Positions 36,465 through 46,977 of a stretch of DNA of 64,000 nucleotides are shown one piece after another. The notes beneath the pieces were generated by a model. It saw only the letters and a program-made list of their open reading frames with translations. It did not search any database and was not told the DNA's origin. How positions within the stretch are numbered: position 1 is the first letter of the stretch; each line of letters begins with the position of its first letter. The position numbers were made by a program, and so were the translations under genes. Origin of the DNA: an uncultured archaeon (GTDB lineage Archaea; Asgardarchaeota; Thorarchaeia; Thorarchaeales; Thorarchaeaceae); the NCBI GenBank assembly GCA_964610875.1, contig CAZSWP010000005.1:37728-101727 (forward strand), in the 5' to 3' direction.

Positions 36465-37796
36465 ATGAGTCGGAAGAAAGTTATAATTTTAGGCGCAGCT
36501 GGAAGAGATTTCCACAATTTCAATACTCATTTCCGCGACAACGAGGATTATGAGGTTGTGGCATTCACAGCTGAACAGATTCCAGGTATTGGCGATAGAA
36601 TTTACCCTCCAGAACTCTCTGGAAAGCTCTATCCTAAAGGCATTAAGATTTATCCACAAGGAGACTTACCTAAGCTTATCAAAGAACATGACATTGAACA
36701 ATGTATTCTTGCTTATTCAGATTTATCTCATGATTATGTGGGACATATCATTGCTTGGGTAAACTCACTTGGCGTTGATCTCAGATTAATGGGACCTAAG
36801 ACTACCTACATTAAGAGTAAAAAACCTGTTATTGCGGTCTGTGCAGTTAGAACAGGATGTGGCAAGAGCCAAACATCTCGTCGGGTCAATCAGATACTGG
36901 TAGATATGGGTTTCAAGCCTGTTAATATCAGACACCCAATGCCATATGATCCAGATTTAACCACTCAGATCGCTCAGAGATATGAAAAAGTAGAAGATAT
37001 GGACAAATACAATTGCACAATAGAAGAGCGTGAAGAATACGAACCAATAATCAATATGGGAGTTATTCTTTATGCTGGTGTCGACTATGGGAAAATTATC
37101 GAGCAGGCTGAGAAGGAAGCAGATGTGATTACATGGGATGGTGGTAATAATGACTTTCCATTCTATAAACCAGATTTGCTAATAGTAATAGCAGATCCGC
37201 ATAGACCTGGGCATGAAATCAGCTATTATCCAGGAGAAACAAATCTGCGAATGGCCGATGTTGTGATAATAAACAAGATTGATACAGCAGATTATGAGGA
37301 TGTCGAAGAAGTAAGAGAGAACATTCTCGAAGTAAACCCAAATGCAATAATTATCGATGCAGCATCTCCTGTCGGAATTGCAGACATGTCAGTCATTAAG
37401 AACAAACGCGTTCTTATAGTAGAAGATGGTCCTACAGTTACCCATGGAGAAATGCCTTACGGGGCAGGATACATCGCCTCAAGAAAGGCAGGAGCCACCA
37501 TTATTGACCCACGACCATTTGCAGTAGGCAGTATCGTTCATACATTTGAGAAGTATACACATCTTGAAGCGGTACTTCCAGCAATGGGATATGGACAAGA
37601 ACAGATGAACGAGCTTGAGAAGACAATCAATGCGGCAGATGTTGATGCCGTTGTGATTGGAACTCCTATCGATCTTGCCAAGCTTATCAAAATCAACAAG
37701 CCAAATACTCGTATCAGATATGACCTCCAAGAGATTGGAAAACCAGATCTTGAAGATGTCCTGAAAGAATTTGTTGAGAAACACAAACTCAAGTGA
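36465..37796 (+). CDS. COG2403-type P-loop protein (cyclic 2,3-diphosphoglycerate synthetase / arginine synthetase-like)
   Basis: ILGAAGRDFHNFN, AVRTGCGKSQ, RHPMPY, TIEEREEYE, WDGGNND, VEDGPT; start at MSRKK. Confidence 0.85.
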   Translation: MSRKKVIILGAAGRDFHNFNTHFRDNEDYEVVAFTAEQIPGIGDRIYPPELSGKLYPKGIKIYPQGDLPKLIKEHDIEQCILAYSDLSHDYVGHIIAWVNSLGVDLRLMGPKTTYIKSKKPVIAVCAVRTGCGKSQTSRRVNQILVDMGFKPVNIRHPMPYDPDLTTQIAQRYEKVEDMDKYNCTIEEREEYEPIINMGVILYAGVDYGKIIEQAEKEADVITWDGGNNDFPFYKPDLLIVIADPHRPGHEISYYPGETNLRMADVVIINKIDTADYEDVEEVRENILEVNPNAIIIDAASPVGIADMSVIKNKRVLIVEDGPTVTHGEMPYGAGYIASRKAGATIIDPRPFAVGSIVHTFEKYTHLEAVLPAMGYGQEQMNELEKTINAADVDAVVIGTPIDLAKLIKINKPNTRIRYDLQEIGKPDLEDVLKEFVEKHKLK

Positions 37797-37805
37797 CAAG
37801 AACTT

Positions 37806-37831
37806 TAGACTCCGATTTGAATCGGAGTCTA
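37806..37831. terminator. Perfect hairpin between convergent genes
   Basis: TAGACTCCGAT-TTGA-ATCGGAGTCTA followed by a T-tract. Confidence 0.65.
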
Positions 37832-37842
37832 CATTACTTTTT

Positions 37843-38769
37843 TTACTGCAAGTATTCTTCCATCTTCATCAATGATCTTGCCTTCAGGTCTTTATACAAT
37901 ACAACTGGAAATATCAAAGGTATTGCGGTGAAAAAGAGATCCATGATTATCCGCTCAATGATTAGTGAGATTGGTGTGTTCATCAACGCAACTGGTGTCA
38001 GGAAAAGTGCAACACCAAGTTGAATGATGAAAATGAGTAGAAAGATGAAGATTTGTGCAATGAAGACGTGAAAGAATCTACCTCTTGTTAACTCAAAAGC
38101 TCTAGTAAGAGCCTGTGAAGGTGAGAGACCTTCAGCAATGACCACAGCTAATGCAGGGGCTAGTCTAACATAAGCATAGAGAGCAATTATGATTCCCACC
38201 AAAAACATCAGAAAGCCAGTAGTTAGAGTGTTTACATCCTGAGTAACTGTGGAAATGCTCATCAATACTATTCCCGGAGCTACAACAATTGATGAAACCA
38301 ATCCAATAGCCAGTTGTGTGACAATCAATTTCATGCCTTTGGATAAAGCATTACTGAGGCTTCTACCCACGTCAGTATCATTTCCTAAATAATCATCAAG
38401 AGCATGAGACATTGCAGCACCTGTGATTATAGCAAAAATAATCATCCCAACAAAGAGGAAGAGTGATGCGGTCATCACTACCTGCACAGGGTCAGCAGGA
38501 GCATCAGTTGAGATGAATAGATAGAAGACATTGAGAAGGAATGTGAGGGGGTCTGATGCCATATAATTCGAAAGATTTACTCCATAGATGAATAAGGAGA
38601 TACCAATTTTTACGATTGTGAACAAGACAGAGATTATCCCTACGATGATGATGTAATCACTGATTTTTCTGAGCCAAAGACTCAGAGTTTGTGTGATCAA
38701 ACCTGTCGACCCTACGATATAAGACTCCTCAGCATATGTTGGACTCTCTTTTCCATCTATGGCCATCAC
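37843..38769 (-). CDS. Multi-pass membrane protein (GDPD membrane-domain-like)
   Basis: ALTRAFELTRGRFFHVF, VVLYKDLKAR. Confidence 0.65.
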   Translation of the reverse strand: MMAIDGKESPTYAEESYIVGSTGLITQTLSLWLRKISDYIIIVGIISVLFTIVKIGISLFIYGVNLSNYMASDPLTFLLNVFYLFISTDAPADPVQVVMTASLFLFVGMIIFAIITGAAMSHALDDYLGNDTDVGRSLSNALSKGMKLIVTQLAIGLVSSIVVAPGIVLMSISTVTQDVNTLTTGFLMFLVGIIIALYAYVRLAPALAVVIAEGLSPSQALTRAFELTRGRFFHVFIAQIFIFLLIFIIQLGVALFLTPVALMNTPISLIIERIIMDLFFTAIPLIFPVVLYKDLKARSLMKMEEYLQ

Positions 38770-38842
38770 AAAATCCTCGGGATGGCCTTAATTCCAATAG
38801 GGATATAACACCTTTGGAGGAGGTGCCTTGAAGTACCATTAA

Positions 38843-40435
38843 TTAGGCAGGTTTTGGACGAACATCTGCTATCTCCATGAATTTCATCCCGCCAGCCTTC
38901 TCTATCAGTTCTTCAAAGGGTAGTATGAAGACCCCAGGAGTGACTTCTGTACTCGTCTTTGTCATTTTCTGGACCTGAAGTATCAAAGATGAATAATCAC
39001 CATTTACCGGACCACGTGGAGCGATATAGAGATTTAGAACATCCATGCTATATGGATCACTCATATCTTCCTTTGCAACTTCTATCTGCAATTCTTCTAT
39101 TTCAGATAGCGATAACAGATCAGAACGGAGTGCGGTAAGGTTGACCGTGGCACCTTTAATTTTCTTCTCAGCAAGCCCCATAACTTCAATTTGTGCTTCA
39201 GCGTCATTTGTTCTACCAATATCCCAGAAGAATGGTCCATCCATTCCACAAATCGGGCACTTCCCACGTTCCTGATGGGATGCTACATCTCCTAATAAGA
39301 ATCCTTCAAAGATGGAACCGGCACCATCAAGGTGGAACAAGCAAACATGACCGGGTTCATCATCTCCTACGAAGTCATAGGTGCCATCATCATTCAATGC
39401 AACTAATTCAAAACTTAATACAAGTGGAGATACATTGTGGTAAGGTCCTTTCCGCTCACATTGAACTGCGAATGAAATCTTACTCTCTGATGATGCATAT
39501 CCTCCAACAGAGTGTACTTCCTTTGCCCCTTTATCTGTGAGTGTTTCAATCATGTCATCAAGAACGGGGTCGTAGATTTTCTCACCTGCTAGAAGCAACA
39601 CAATCCTGTCAGGTGCAGAATACTCCTTTTCAGCCATTGCACGGAAGAATCTGTTACGTAGATAGCTGGGCATTCCAGCAAATGCATTTACTTTAAAGAG
39701 ATTAGCCATATCTACAAGTTTGTCACTAGGAATAGCTCCTCCTGCACTTGTTGCTACGTAGAATTTTGACATCTGCTTGAGACCCATGTCAACTGCATGC
39801 CATCCTAGATGAGGTGCATAAGGGAACAGGTTCATACTTGATACTTCATAATCAGTCCCAGAAAAATAATCAACAGCCATCTGTCCAACCTTTACACAAT
39901 TCTTGTAGAGCATCTCATTATCATATCTAGTAAGGAAAACCGGTGCTGGCATTCCTGATGCACGTCCAGAAGATAGCCAGAATTGTAGTGGTGCATATTG
40001 ATGAGTCAGTTTATTTTTGAGACGCTCCATAGCAGCGCCACCACCAATTTTGGTCTTTACACGAATACCATTGTTTCTGATGAATTTGTAAAGTTCAGAA
40101 TTCCCAGATTTTTTAGCATGTGTCATTAAATTCGATACAATATCTGCAGGAGGTCTTTCTTTATCATCGACCTGTGATGGATTCAAGACAAACTGCCGTA
40201 GATTGTCTTTGTAATCCGTCTTTCGTACTAAAGGAATCTTATACCTAGCCCAGTCTTCGATACAGGTGATATTGTATGGGTCTACATTTTGTTCCTTGAA
40301 CAAACGCCTATAGTACGGATGATTTGGCCATACTTGGTATCTGATAAAGGCTCTAAACTTCTTATCTTGGAGCTCTTTGATCTCCCTATGATTGGTACGT
40401 TTTAATTCTTCAAAAGTAAATGTCTGTTTGACCAT
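38843..40435 (-). CDS. Phenylacetate-CoA-ligase-like adenylate-forming enzyme
   Basis: HPYYRRLF, IPLVRK, SSGRASG, LAGEK, GYASSE, LLGD, GR..IKGATV; start at MVKQTF. Confidence 0.75.
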   Translation of the reverse strand: MVKQTFTFEELKRTNHREIKELQDKKFRAFIRYQVWPNHPYYRRLFKEQNVDPYNITCIEDWARYKIPLVRKTDYKDNLRQFVLNPSQVDDKERPPADIVSNLMTHAKKSGNSELYKFIRNNGIRVKTKIGGGAAMERLKNKLTHQYAPLQFWLSSGRASGMPAPVFLTRYDNEMLYKNCVKVGQMAVDYFSGTDYEVSSMNLFPYAPHLGWHAVDMGLKQMSKFYVATSAGGAIPSDKLVDMANLFKVNAFAGMPSYLRNRFFRAMAEKEYSAPDRIVLLLAGEKIYDPVLDDMIETLTDKGAKEVHSVGGYASSESKISFAVQCERKGPYHNVSPLVLSFELVALNDDGTYDFVGDDEPGHVCLFHLDGAGSIFEGFLLGDVASHQERGKCPICGMDGPFFWDIGRTNDAEAQIEVMGLAEKKIKGATVNLTALRSDLLSLSEIEELQIEVAKEDMSDPYSMDVLNLYIAPRGPVNGDYSSLILQVQKMTKTSTEVTPGVFILPFEELIEKAGGMKFMEIADVRPKPA

Positions 40436-40618
40436 CTTTATTGCACCCCAAAGCGTTTCACAACGTCGATTCGCTGTCTTTTCGCGAATAATAAACATTC
40501 CGAGTTGATGTTATATTATGCCTGTAACACATTTCCTCAATAGCCAGTAGAAAGTCATATAGGTATTGAAATCGCATTTGTGAAATAGTTACTTTGTAGA
40601 ATTTGGAGGAAACCAGCG

Positions 40619-41050
40619 TTGTCCGAAACCGATGAGAAATTACAGCGGGGAATTATAGAACTCGATAAGGGTAATGACAAGAAGGCATTCAGTTTATTCA
40701 AAGATGTATTTGAGAGTAGACAAGAACGCCTTCTGAAAAAAGTTCAGGATAATCCTAAATCCCCCACTTTGATGTTAGACGCGTTATACATGATTCATGC
40801 ATTAGTTTGGCTTAGAGTAGCAGAAGCTGGTAAAGAAAAGAACAGAAGTGTAGAATTGATGGGCAAGGCAGTTGGAACAGTAGAGGCTGCTCGAACAGCT
40901 CTAGGTCCACTTGTCACAGGTCTCGCTCAATGGGCAAAGGAGAAGAATATCAAAGTAGTACACAACAAAGCTCTTGGTCTACTTGCCGCAACCAAGGATC
41001 TTGAAGAGATGGCAAAGAAAGCACTTGAAGCAAGAAGAAAGATGAAATAG
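40619..41050 (+). CDS. Hypothetical helical protein
   Basis: 143 aa; TTG start after GGAGG. Confidence 0.65.
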   Translation: MSETDEKLQRGIIELDKGNDKKAFSLFKDVFESRQERLLKKVQDNPKSPTLMLDALYMIHALVWLRVAEAGKEKNRSVELMGKAVGTVEAARTALGPLVTGLAQWAKEKNIKVVHNKALGLLAATKDLEEMAKKALEARRKMK

Positions 41051-41064
41051 GCCGAATTTACAAA

Positions 41065-41403
41065 TCATTTAGATTTCATGTATTTGGACCACTCTTCCGC
41101 TGGAAAACGTTCCTCCATTATTTTCATCTCAGACAGAACAGCATCTTCTAAGTCGATATCGAAATGATTGGCTAGTTGTACAAAGAGATTAAAGGCCTGA
41201 GCAAATTCCCGTGCCAAGTCAGATTTCTCAGGAGCGGCATGTCCCAATCCAATAGCCTTGTATCCTTCCTCAATAGATATGAACCGTGAGATTTCACCAA
41301 TCTCCTCAACTAGATGTGTAAAGACCTGTGATGCATCAAATTTATCCCAACCTCTAGACACCTCGAATGCTCTCTTCATCTCTTGGATAGATTTCAATTC
41401 CAT
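41065..41403 (-). CDS. MazG-like NTP pyrophosphohydrolase
   Basis: HLVEEIGEI, REFAQ, LANHFDIDLE. Confidence 0.8.
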   Translation of the reverse strand: MELKSIQEMKRAFEVSRGWDKFDASQVFTHLVEEIGEISRFISIEEGYKAIGLGHAAPEKSDLAREFAQAFNLFVQLANHFDIDLEDAVLSEMKIMEERFPAEEWSKYMKSK

Positions 41404-42105
41404 TCATCTCATCCTCTTTGTAATCTGCATCACCTGAGCTCTAGCTTGGTCGAGTGCACTTGGAGGCACCATCTCCATCTTTCCAAGTGAAGAGTCATCG
41501 GGTAACGTTTCTCCACCAAGAAACATTGCTTCACTGACCACATCCATCATCTCAACTGGAGGTAGAATTGCACACACCATTTTACTACTAGATCTGATAT
41601 TGGATATATTTGTAGCGATATTCCATATCTTTTTACCATCAGAACAACGGCACTCAGTCAGATTTTTTGATCCCTCAATTGGTTTAGTTTGACTTATTTC
41701 AACTGCAAGAATGTCAACAGCATAAGCGGGGTCATCATTTCTGTTAACCATACGTTCTGGAAATCCTTTGATAATCCTAAAAGCATACTCCATCTCAGCA
41801 ATCACCAACATTTCCTTTGAACTCTGTGGCTTGAATCCATCTATTGCCTTTCGGTATATTTCCTCGAGTTCCTTCATAGAATCTAATATACCCCTCATTG
41901 ACGGGAGCTCGACGATTTTCTCGGGTTCAGTATAAGAATACTTAACCTCATAGAATAGACTTCCAGCAGATTTGAGTAACTCGTTAAGTTTCCCATATTC
42001 TATGTGTAACTTTAATTTTCTATTCCCAATTATTTCATTCAATCGTCTAAGTGCATCTTCTAAAACTAATATACGGGTATCTTTTGCAGTATCCATAATC
42101 AACAC
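41404..42105 (-). CDS. Archaeal tRNA-binding (EMAP/OB-fold, COG2517-like) protein
   Basis: MDTAKDTRI, AVDILAVEI, ATN, LPPVEMMDVVSEAMFLG. Confidence 0.75.
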   Translation of the reverse strand: MLIMDTAKDTRILVLEDALRRLNEIIGNRKLKLHIEYGKLNELLKSAGSLFYEVKYSYTEPEKIVELPSMRGILDSMKELEEIYRKAIDGFKPQSSKEMLVIAEMEYAFRIIKGFPERMVNRNDDPAYAVDILAVEISQTKPIEGSKNLTECRCSDGKKIWNIATNISNIRSSSKMVCAILPPVEMMDVVSEAMFLGGETLPDDSSLGKMEMVPPSALDQARAQVMQITKRMR

Positions 42106-42250
42106 CCTACGAGTTCCTGCTTATGAATTGAGTAGATAAAGGCTCTTCTACAGGGAATAATATAAGAGAAAATCGATTTGATAAGGTCACGAGAAGTGAT
42201 ATAAAGCTACAAATGCTATGCTATTACAATCCTGAGAGGAGACACGTAAA

Positions 42251-42865
42251 TTGATTCAGGCACTCTACATATTAATCGCAGATAGCGGCCTGTGTGTACT
42301 TGACAGAAAGTATGGAGAGGCTGAAATGGATCCCAATCTCATAAGTGGGTTTCTCACAGCTTTGATATCATTTGGACAAGAATTGAGCTCAGGAAATCGA
42401 GTGCATGTCATTGACTTTGGTGTTTTCGATATCTGTTTGTCTCTAAAGAACAATATTATAGTTGCTGCATCTGTAGACAAGACGGATGATGGAAATGCTG
42501 CAATGGCAGTCCTCGCAGACGTGAATAATGAATTTGTAAAACACTTCGGCAAGATGCTTGGTAATTGGGATGGAAACTTAGAGCCTTTTGAAGCATTTGC
42601 GCCAAGAATAGACGAAATTACTAAAGATGGTCGTGCATCTGAACTAAGAATTGTGGTTCCAATCCTGAAAGGAAAAGTATCACCGATGCTGGTTCGCTTG
42701 GGACAAATCAGTGAGGACGTTTATGATGTTGCCCTGATGTGTAAGGGAAAATTGACAGCTAGGGATATTGCAGACCAATTAGGAAAACAGATGAAAGATG
42801 TCCAGAAAGCATTGAATAGTTTAGAAGATATGAAGATGCTGGAATGGAAAGAGATTGGTAATTGA
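42251..42865 (+). CDS. Longin-like domain fused to C-terminal winged helix
   Basis: MIQALYILIADSGLCV...DPNLISGFLTALISFGQEL; CKGKLTARDIADQLG...LNSLEDMKML. Confidence 0.75.
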   Translation: MIQALYILIADSGLCVLDRKYGEAEMDPNLISGFLTALISFGQELSSGNRVHVIDFGVFDICLSLKNNIIVAASVDKTDDGNAAMAVLADVNNEFVKHFGKMLGNWDGNLEPFEAFAPRIDEITKDGRASELRIVVPILKGKVSPMLVRLGQISEDVYDVALMCKGKLTARDIADQLGKQMKDVQKALNSLEDMKMLEWKEIGN

Positions 42866-42930
42866 ACTAGCTCTCTCTATCATGTTCCAGCATATCTGAA
42901 TGACTTATGAACACCATTGGATAATAGTAA

Positions 42931-43638
42931 CTATTGTGTCTGGCCCCATTCATTACCTGTAGCAATCAAGATGAGTCCAATAACAATTAATCCTGGAGCT
43001 AGAACTCCACTAATACTATAGTTAAGAATCAGAGTGGTTTCTAGCATAAAGCGTATAGAATGAATAACTCTGCCTGCAAATAGAATTAGGAAGCCTAATC
43101 CAAGAATGAAATTTGATCTTCTTAGAATTCCACCAGATTGCCATGAAAGGTAAAAGAATAGGAACGGTATGAATAGTGCATAAACAATTCCCCCAATGGC
43201 AACCAAACCTGAAGTCATTTCAAAAGGTAATGTTGCTAGAGTCACACCGATTGCTACTGCAGGAATTGCAAATCCAATTTCTGCCCACCTCTTTCCAAAT
43301 ATCATGAAACCAGCTGTTGCAGCCAGAGCTGCTAGAGCCATCCATTGGAAGAATCCACCTAACCGAATCCAACCATCGGCTGCTATTAGGAAGGAGGATA
43401 ATCCAGAAACATCATTAGGTAATGACCTAGCATCAGCATAGAAATCACCAACGAAATAGAATACTCTTCCTACAGCTAGTAACAAGAAGAATAACGCCAT
43501 TGCAAATTGAAACGGATTTCGATTTACACGCCATCTGAAAAATAGCAGGAAGATGAACACATAGAAGTAATATCCGACAACCAGAAACCAAAGTCCGATA
43601 TGCACTTCTCTAATAATCATGTCAATTGTCTGTAGCAT
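42931..43638 (-). CDS. Multi-pass (about 7 TM) membrane protein
   Basis: Hydrophobic helices; FFLLLAVGRVFYFVGDF. Confidence 0.7.
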   Translation of the reverse strand: MLQTIDMIIREVHIGLWFLVVGYYFYVFIFLLFFRWRVNRNPFQFAMALFFLLLAVGRVFYFVGDFYADARSLPNDVSGLSSFLIAADGWIRLGGFFQWMALAALAATAGFMIFGKRWAEIGFAIPAVAIGVTLATLPFEMTSGLVAIGGIVYALFIPFLFFYLSWQSGGILRRSNFILGLGFLILFAGRVIHSIRFMLETTLILNYSISGVLAPGLIVIGLILIATGNEWGQTQ

Positions 43639-43743
43639 GATGGACCGTCCTTATTTGCCTTTGAATGAAACGTGTGCGTACAACCAAATAAAACTATTCT
43701 GCATACCTAGATTAGTACAGCAAAACAACTTCTATATTTAATA

Positions 43744-44178
43744 GTGTATCACATTAACCTTGGTGTTTCCTTGAGCTCTAACAGAATCTGGAAATTAAAA
43801 CACAAGGATGGCACATTAGAGGAGTTCATAGATATTAGAAGATTGGTCGGTAATAGAGTAATTAGGGCATATTTGCTAAAAGATATACTCGATAGTGAAT
43901 ATGTCCAATACCTTGAAGCATCTTTAAGAACTCCAAAGGATGAGTTCAAGGATTTCGATAAATTTCTCATTGTAGAGGCAACTGTAAATGGGTTTCAATT
44001 CAGAATTCTAGTTGAATCGGGAGTCTATGAAAACTTACGAATAGTTGCCACTAATAATGTGGATGTGATGAATATTGACCCAGATGATTTGATCAACATG
44101 TTTGTGGAAGCCCTAAACAAGCCAAGTGAATATAATCTGATTCTTATTCTGAGTCCAGAAACACGAGTAAAATCTTAG
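43744..44178 (+). CDS. Hypothetical protein
   Basis: 144-aa ORF filling the gap; start uncertain. Confidence 0.6.
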   Translation: MYHINLGVSLSSNRIWKLKHKDGTLEEFIDIRRLVGNRVIRAYLLKDILDSEYVQYLEASLRTPKDEFKDFDKFLIVEATVNGFQFRILVESGVYENLRIVATNNVDVMNIDPDDLINMFVEALNKPSEYNLILILSPETRVKS

Positions 44179-44205
44179 ATATATTGAGTACATAGAGGAA
44201 GTATA

Positions 44206-44397
44206 ATGCTACAGAGATATGCAGATTGTCCCGTTTGCAAGAAGAAGACGGTTCTCAAAGTCCCAGAAGGAATACTAAAGAAAGCAAAACGATTTCCTTT
44301 CTTAATTAAAGTAAAGCATGATGATCATTATTTTTACATTAATATAGATAGTCAAGCATATATCACAGACATATTGAGTCCAGAATTGGTTGAATGA
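44206..44397 (+). CDS. Small CxxC...HxxH putative zinc-binding protein
   Basis: CPVCKK...KHDDHYFYINID; GAGGA upstream. Confidence 0.65.
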   Translation: MLQRYADCPVCKKKTVLKVPEGILKKAKRFPFLIKVKHDDHYFYINIDSQAYITDILSPELVE

Positions 44398-44398
44398 A

Positions 44399-45193
44399 CT
44401 ATCCAATATAGCGATCAGACGGTCGATCATTTGATAAACTATCTGTACCGCCCCTTGATGCAATCTCAGTTTTTGCCCACTCGATGAACTCCACAACCTT
44501 CTCTACTGCTTCATCTAGAATATCAAATTGTGCTTTCAATTTGACGACTTGTCTTATTGTATCCAGAACTTCTCTTGATGCACGGTAGTCAACCTTTATC
44601 ACACCTAAAGTTTCTCCCAGAAGACACGCACCATCAATGCTATAAAGTGAAGAGGCCCATGCGGGAATCACACCATTGGCACCATTAATGACTCCTTCTT
44701 CTGTTGCTACTGTTCCAGGGATTCCAAGTATCTCATCCAAGAGTTCTCTTGAATTTGAAGAAGTGAAAATGCGGGGGGGATTTGGATACCTTTCGAAGAA
44801 ATCTTGATATCTTGATTCATAAGCGGCCATTGCGAATATTGATTGAACACCTAGTTTATTGAACTCCTTAGTGATAAAATCAGCATATTCAAACACTCCT
44901 TTCGGTGTTGCAGGTTGGAAATCGGCAGAAAGAATCATCAAATCGTGGGGTTCATCAGGTGCAGATCTATAGAGGGAAATTACGGATGATGGAAAATAGG
45001 AGATTCCATCTCTAACAAAAACTCGAGCTGGGAAATCATCACTGTAAAATCTGAGCATTGGTTGTGCGTTGATAACATCCACAAGAGTTTCAGCAGCAAC
45101 CCTACCCACATTTCCAATACCAGGGAGACCTATAATTGCAATAGGTTCTTTGAGAGAGGATGGTTCAGGAGTTATGAAACGCTGAGTGTACAT
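44399..45193 (-). CDS. PAC2-family proteasome assembly chaperone
   Basis: IIGLPGIGNVGR, FYSDDFP, DFQP, GACLLGET, C-terminal RYIG. Confidence 0.88.
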   Translation of the reverse strand: MYTQRFITPEPSSLKEPIAIIGLPGIGNVGRVAAETLVDVINAQPMLRFYSDDFPARVFVRDGISYFPSSVISLYRSAPDEPHDLMILSADFQPATPKGVFEYADFITKEFNKLGVQSIFAMAAYESRYQDFFERYPNPPRIFTSSNSRELLDEILGIPGTVATEEGVINGANGVIPAWASSLYSIDGACLLGETLGVIKVDYRASREVLDTIRQVVKLKAQFDILDEAVEKVVEFIEWAKTEIASRGGTDSLSNDRPSDRYIG

Positions 45194-45245
45194 AGTAAGT
45201 CAATACCATAATTATATCCAAATAATCCCATATGGCACTATTGGT

Positions 45246-46004
45246 CTATCTCTTCAAATCATAAAACATCATTGCGTTACGTGTTGTGGTCTCTGCAACA
45301 ATATCCTCATCCATATCAAGTATCCGGGCAAGAGATTCACAGCCATGGATGATCTTTGCTGGTTCATTGCGGCCCTCATCAGGTGAGAGGTAGGGTCCAT
45401 CAGTTTCTAACATGATTTGGTCTAAGGGCATCATTTCAGCGGCTTTAACTCGATTTCTGTATCTCGAAAAGTTCGCTGGCAGAGTGATATACCATCCATT
45501 ATCAGATATTCGTTTGGTCACATCTGGAGGACCATCATAGCAATGCATCAACACATCACCTTGATAATACCGTTCAAGAAATTCAGTCGCTTCGAATTCA
45601 GCTTTCCTCGAATGGATAACTATGGGGAGATTCAACTCCATTGCCAATTCGATAAACATCAGAAATAGGGGTTCTTGTGCTTTTCGCCCTGCAGAGTCCT
45701 TTATCCAATGATAGTCGAGTCCAACTTCGCCAACTGCTACAATCTGTGATGCATATTTTCGTGTCAATTCAATTGTCTTTTTTGCATCTTCGAGAGTAAG
45801 TAGTGAAACTCCTGTTCCAGCTGAATGATGTACATAACCCCTATGCTTTTTGATAATTCCAAGAGTCCTTCTAAAAGAACCGGGGTTTATTGAGCATGTG
45901 ACCATTCCAACTAATCCGTTCTCTTTTGCTCTTTGTATGACCTTTTGTCTATCATTCTTGAAATGTCGCATGTCTATGTGAGTATGAGCATCGAAGAGTT
46001 TCAT
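45246..46004 (-). CDS. tatD: TatD-family nuclease
   Basis: DAHTH, VGEVGLDY, IHSR, MHCY, LETDGP, RNEP. Confidence 0.92.
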   Translation of the reverse strand: MKLFDAHTHIDMRHFKNDRQKVIQRAKENGLVGMVTCSINPGSFRRTLGIIKKHRGYVHHSAGTGVSLLTLEDAKKTIELTRKYASQIVAVGEVGLDYHWIKDSAGRKAQEPLFLMFIELAMELNLPIVIHSRKAEFEATEFLERYYQGDVLMHCYDGPPDVTKRISDNGWYITLPANFSRYRNRVKAAEMMPLDQIMLETDGPYLSPDEGRNEPAKIIHGCESLARILDMDEDIVAETTTRNAMMFYDLKR

Positions 46005-46077
46005 GTATATCACGACTGTATGGATACCTGCAAGATTCTCTTTTATTCTGTCCGGATAAGGAGATTCTTGAACCACC

Positions 46078-46977
46078 TTGTCAGACCCAAATGATAGACT
46101 AAGAGAAAAGACAGTGATGATTGCTGCACTGAATCAGAAACTTGAAACATTGCAAGCACAACTAAGTGGAGCTCAAAAGAGATCTCTACAATTGGGAGAG
46201 AAAGTATCACAGCTGGAGAGTGATGTATCCAAGCGCGATTATGAGATTCAGTCACTAAAAGCAGATCTTTCCAGAACACAAGGGGCATTGGAAACTGTAG
46301 GAAAAGAGATGCGAGAAATTAAATCGGGACATACACAGAGCCTTTCGAGAGCTAAACCACAGCAAGATAGTGTTGTATCAAAAGAAGAATTGTTGAAAGC
46401 AGAAAGAAAAATTGCTACTCTAAAAGCAGATATCAAATTACTATCAGAAGCTGCAACCGAAGTATTGCTTGGAGATGACGAGGCAATGGAGAATCTTCGA
46501 GAGGTTGTAAGGAAAGTGGGAGACCCTCGATATCGCATTATAAATCTGGTTTTGGAAAAACGGTCAGTAAAGATAGACGAGTTGGCTTCGATTCTTGTAA
46601 TGGACATATCTGAAATTCGAGAGATAACAGATATGCTGCAGACTGAGGGAGAGATTATGTTCAAGGATGAAAGTACGGTAATTCCTGCTAAGAAATACCG
46701 CGAAGTGAAAATTCCGCTTGATGATTGGAGGAGATGGGATCCATTCCAAATCTTCGAATCATTAGAAGAAATTATTGAGAAAGCAGAAGGAAATGAAACT
46801 ATCGTAGAAGCATTGGAAAATGCAGTAGATATAATCGAGCAGAAACTTGCAAGAGGCGGTGCACTCATTTTTCAAATGAGGAAAACTGCTGGCTTTTGGA
46901 AGCGACAGGCAGGCGATACACAAGAATTACTCTATACAATCAAGGATTGGAAATCAAGAGCATTGCAATTATCTTAA
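46078..46977 (+). CDS. Coiled-coil protein with winged-helix domain
   Basis: N-terminal heptads; DPRYRIINLVLEKRSVKIDELASIL...LQTEGEI. Confidence 0.7.
   Translation: MSDPNDRLREKTVMIAALNQKLETLQAQLSGAQKRSLQLGEKVSQLESDVSKRDYEIQSLKADLSRTQGALETVGKEMREIKSGHTQSLSRAKPQQDSVVSKEELLKAERKIATLKADIKLLSEAATEVLLGDDEAMENLREVVRKVGDPRYRIINLVLEKRSVKIDELASILVMDISEIREITDMLQTEGEIMFKDESTVIPAKKYREVKIPLDDWRRWDPFQIFESLEEIIEKAEGNETIVEALENAVDIIEQKLARGGALIFQMRKTAGFWKRQAGDTQELLYTIKDWKSRALQLS

Noticed and set aside
46248-46868. 206-aa minus-strand ORF (similarly 52973-53554 and 61088-61567)
   Set aside because: Antisense to well-supported genes and without recognisable motifs
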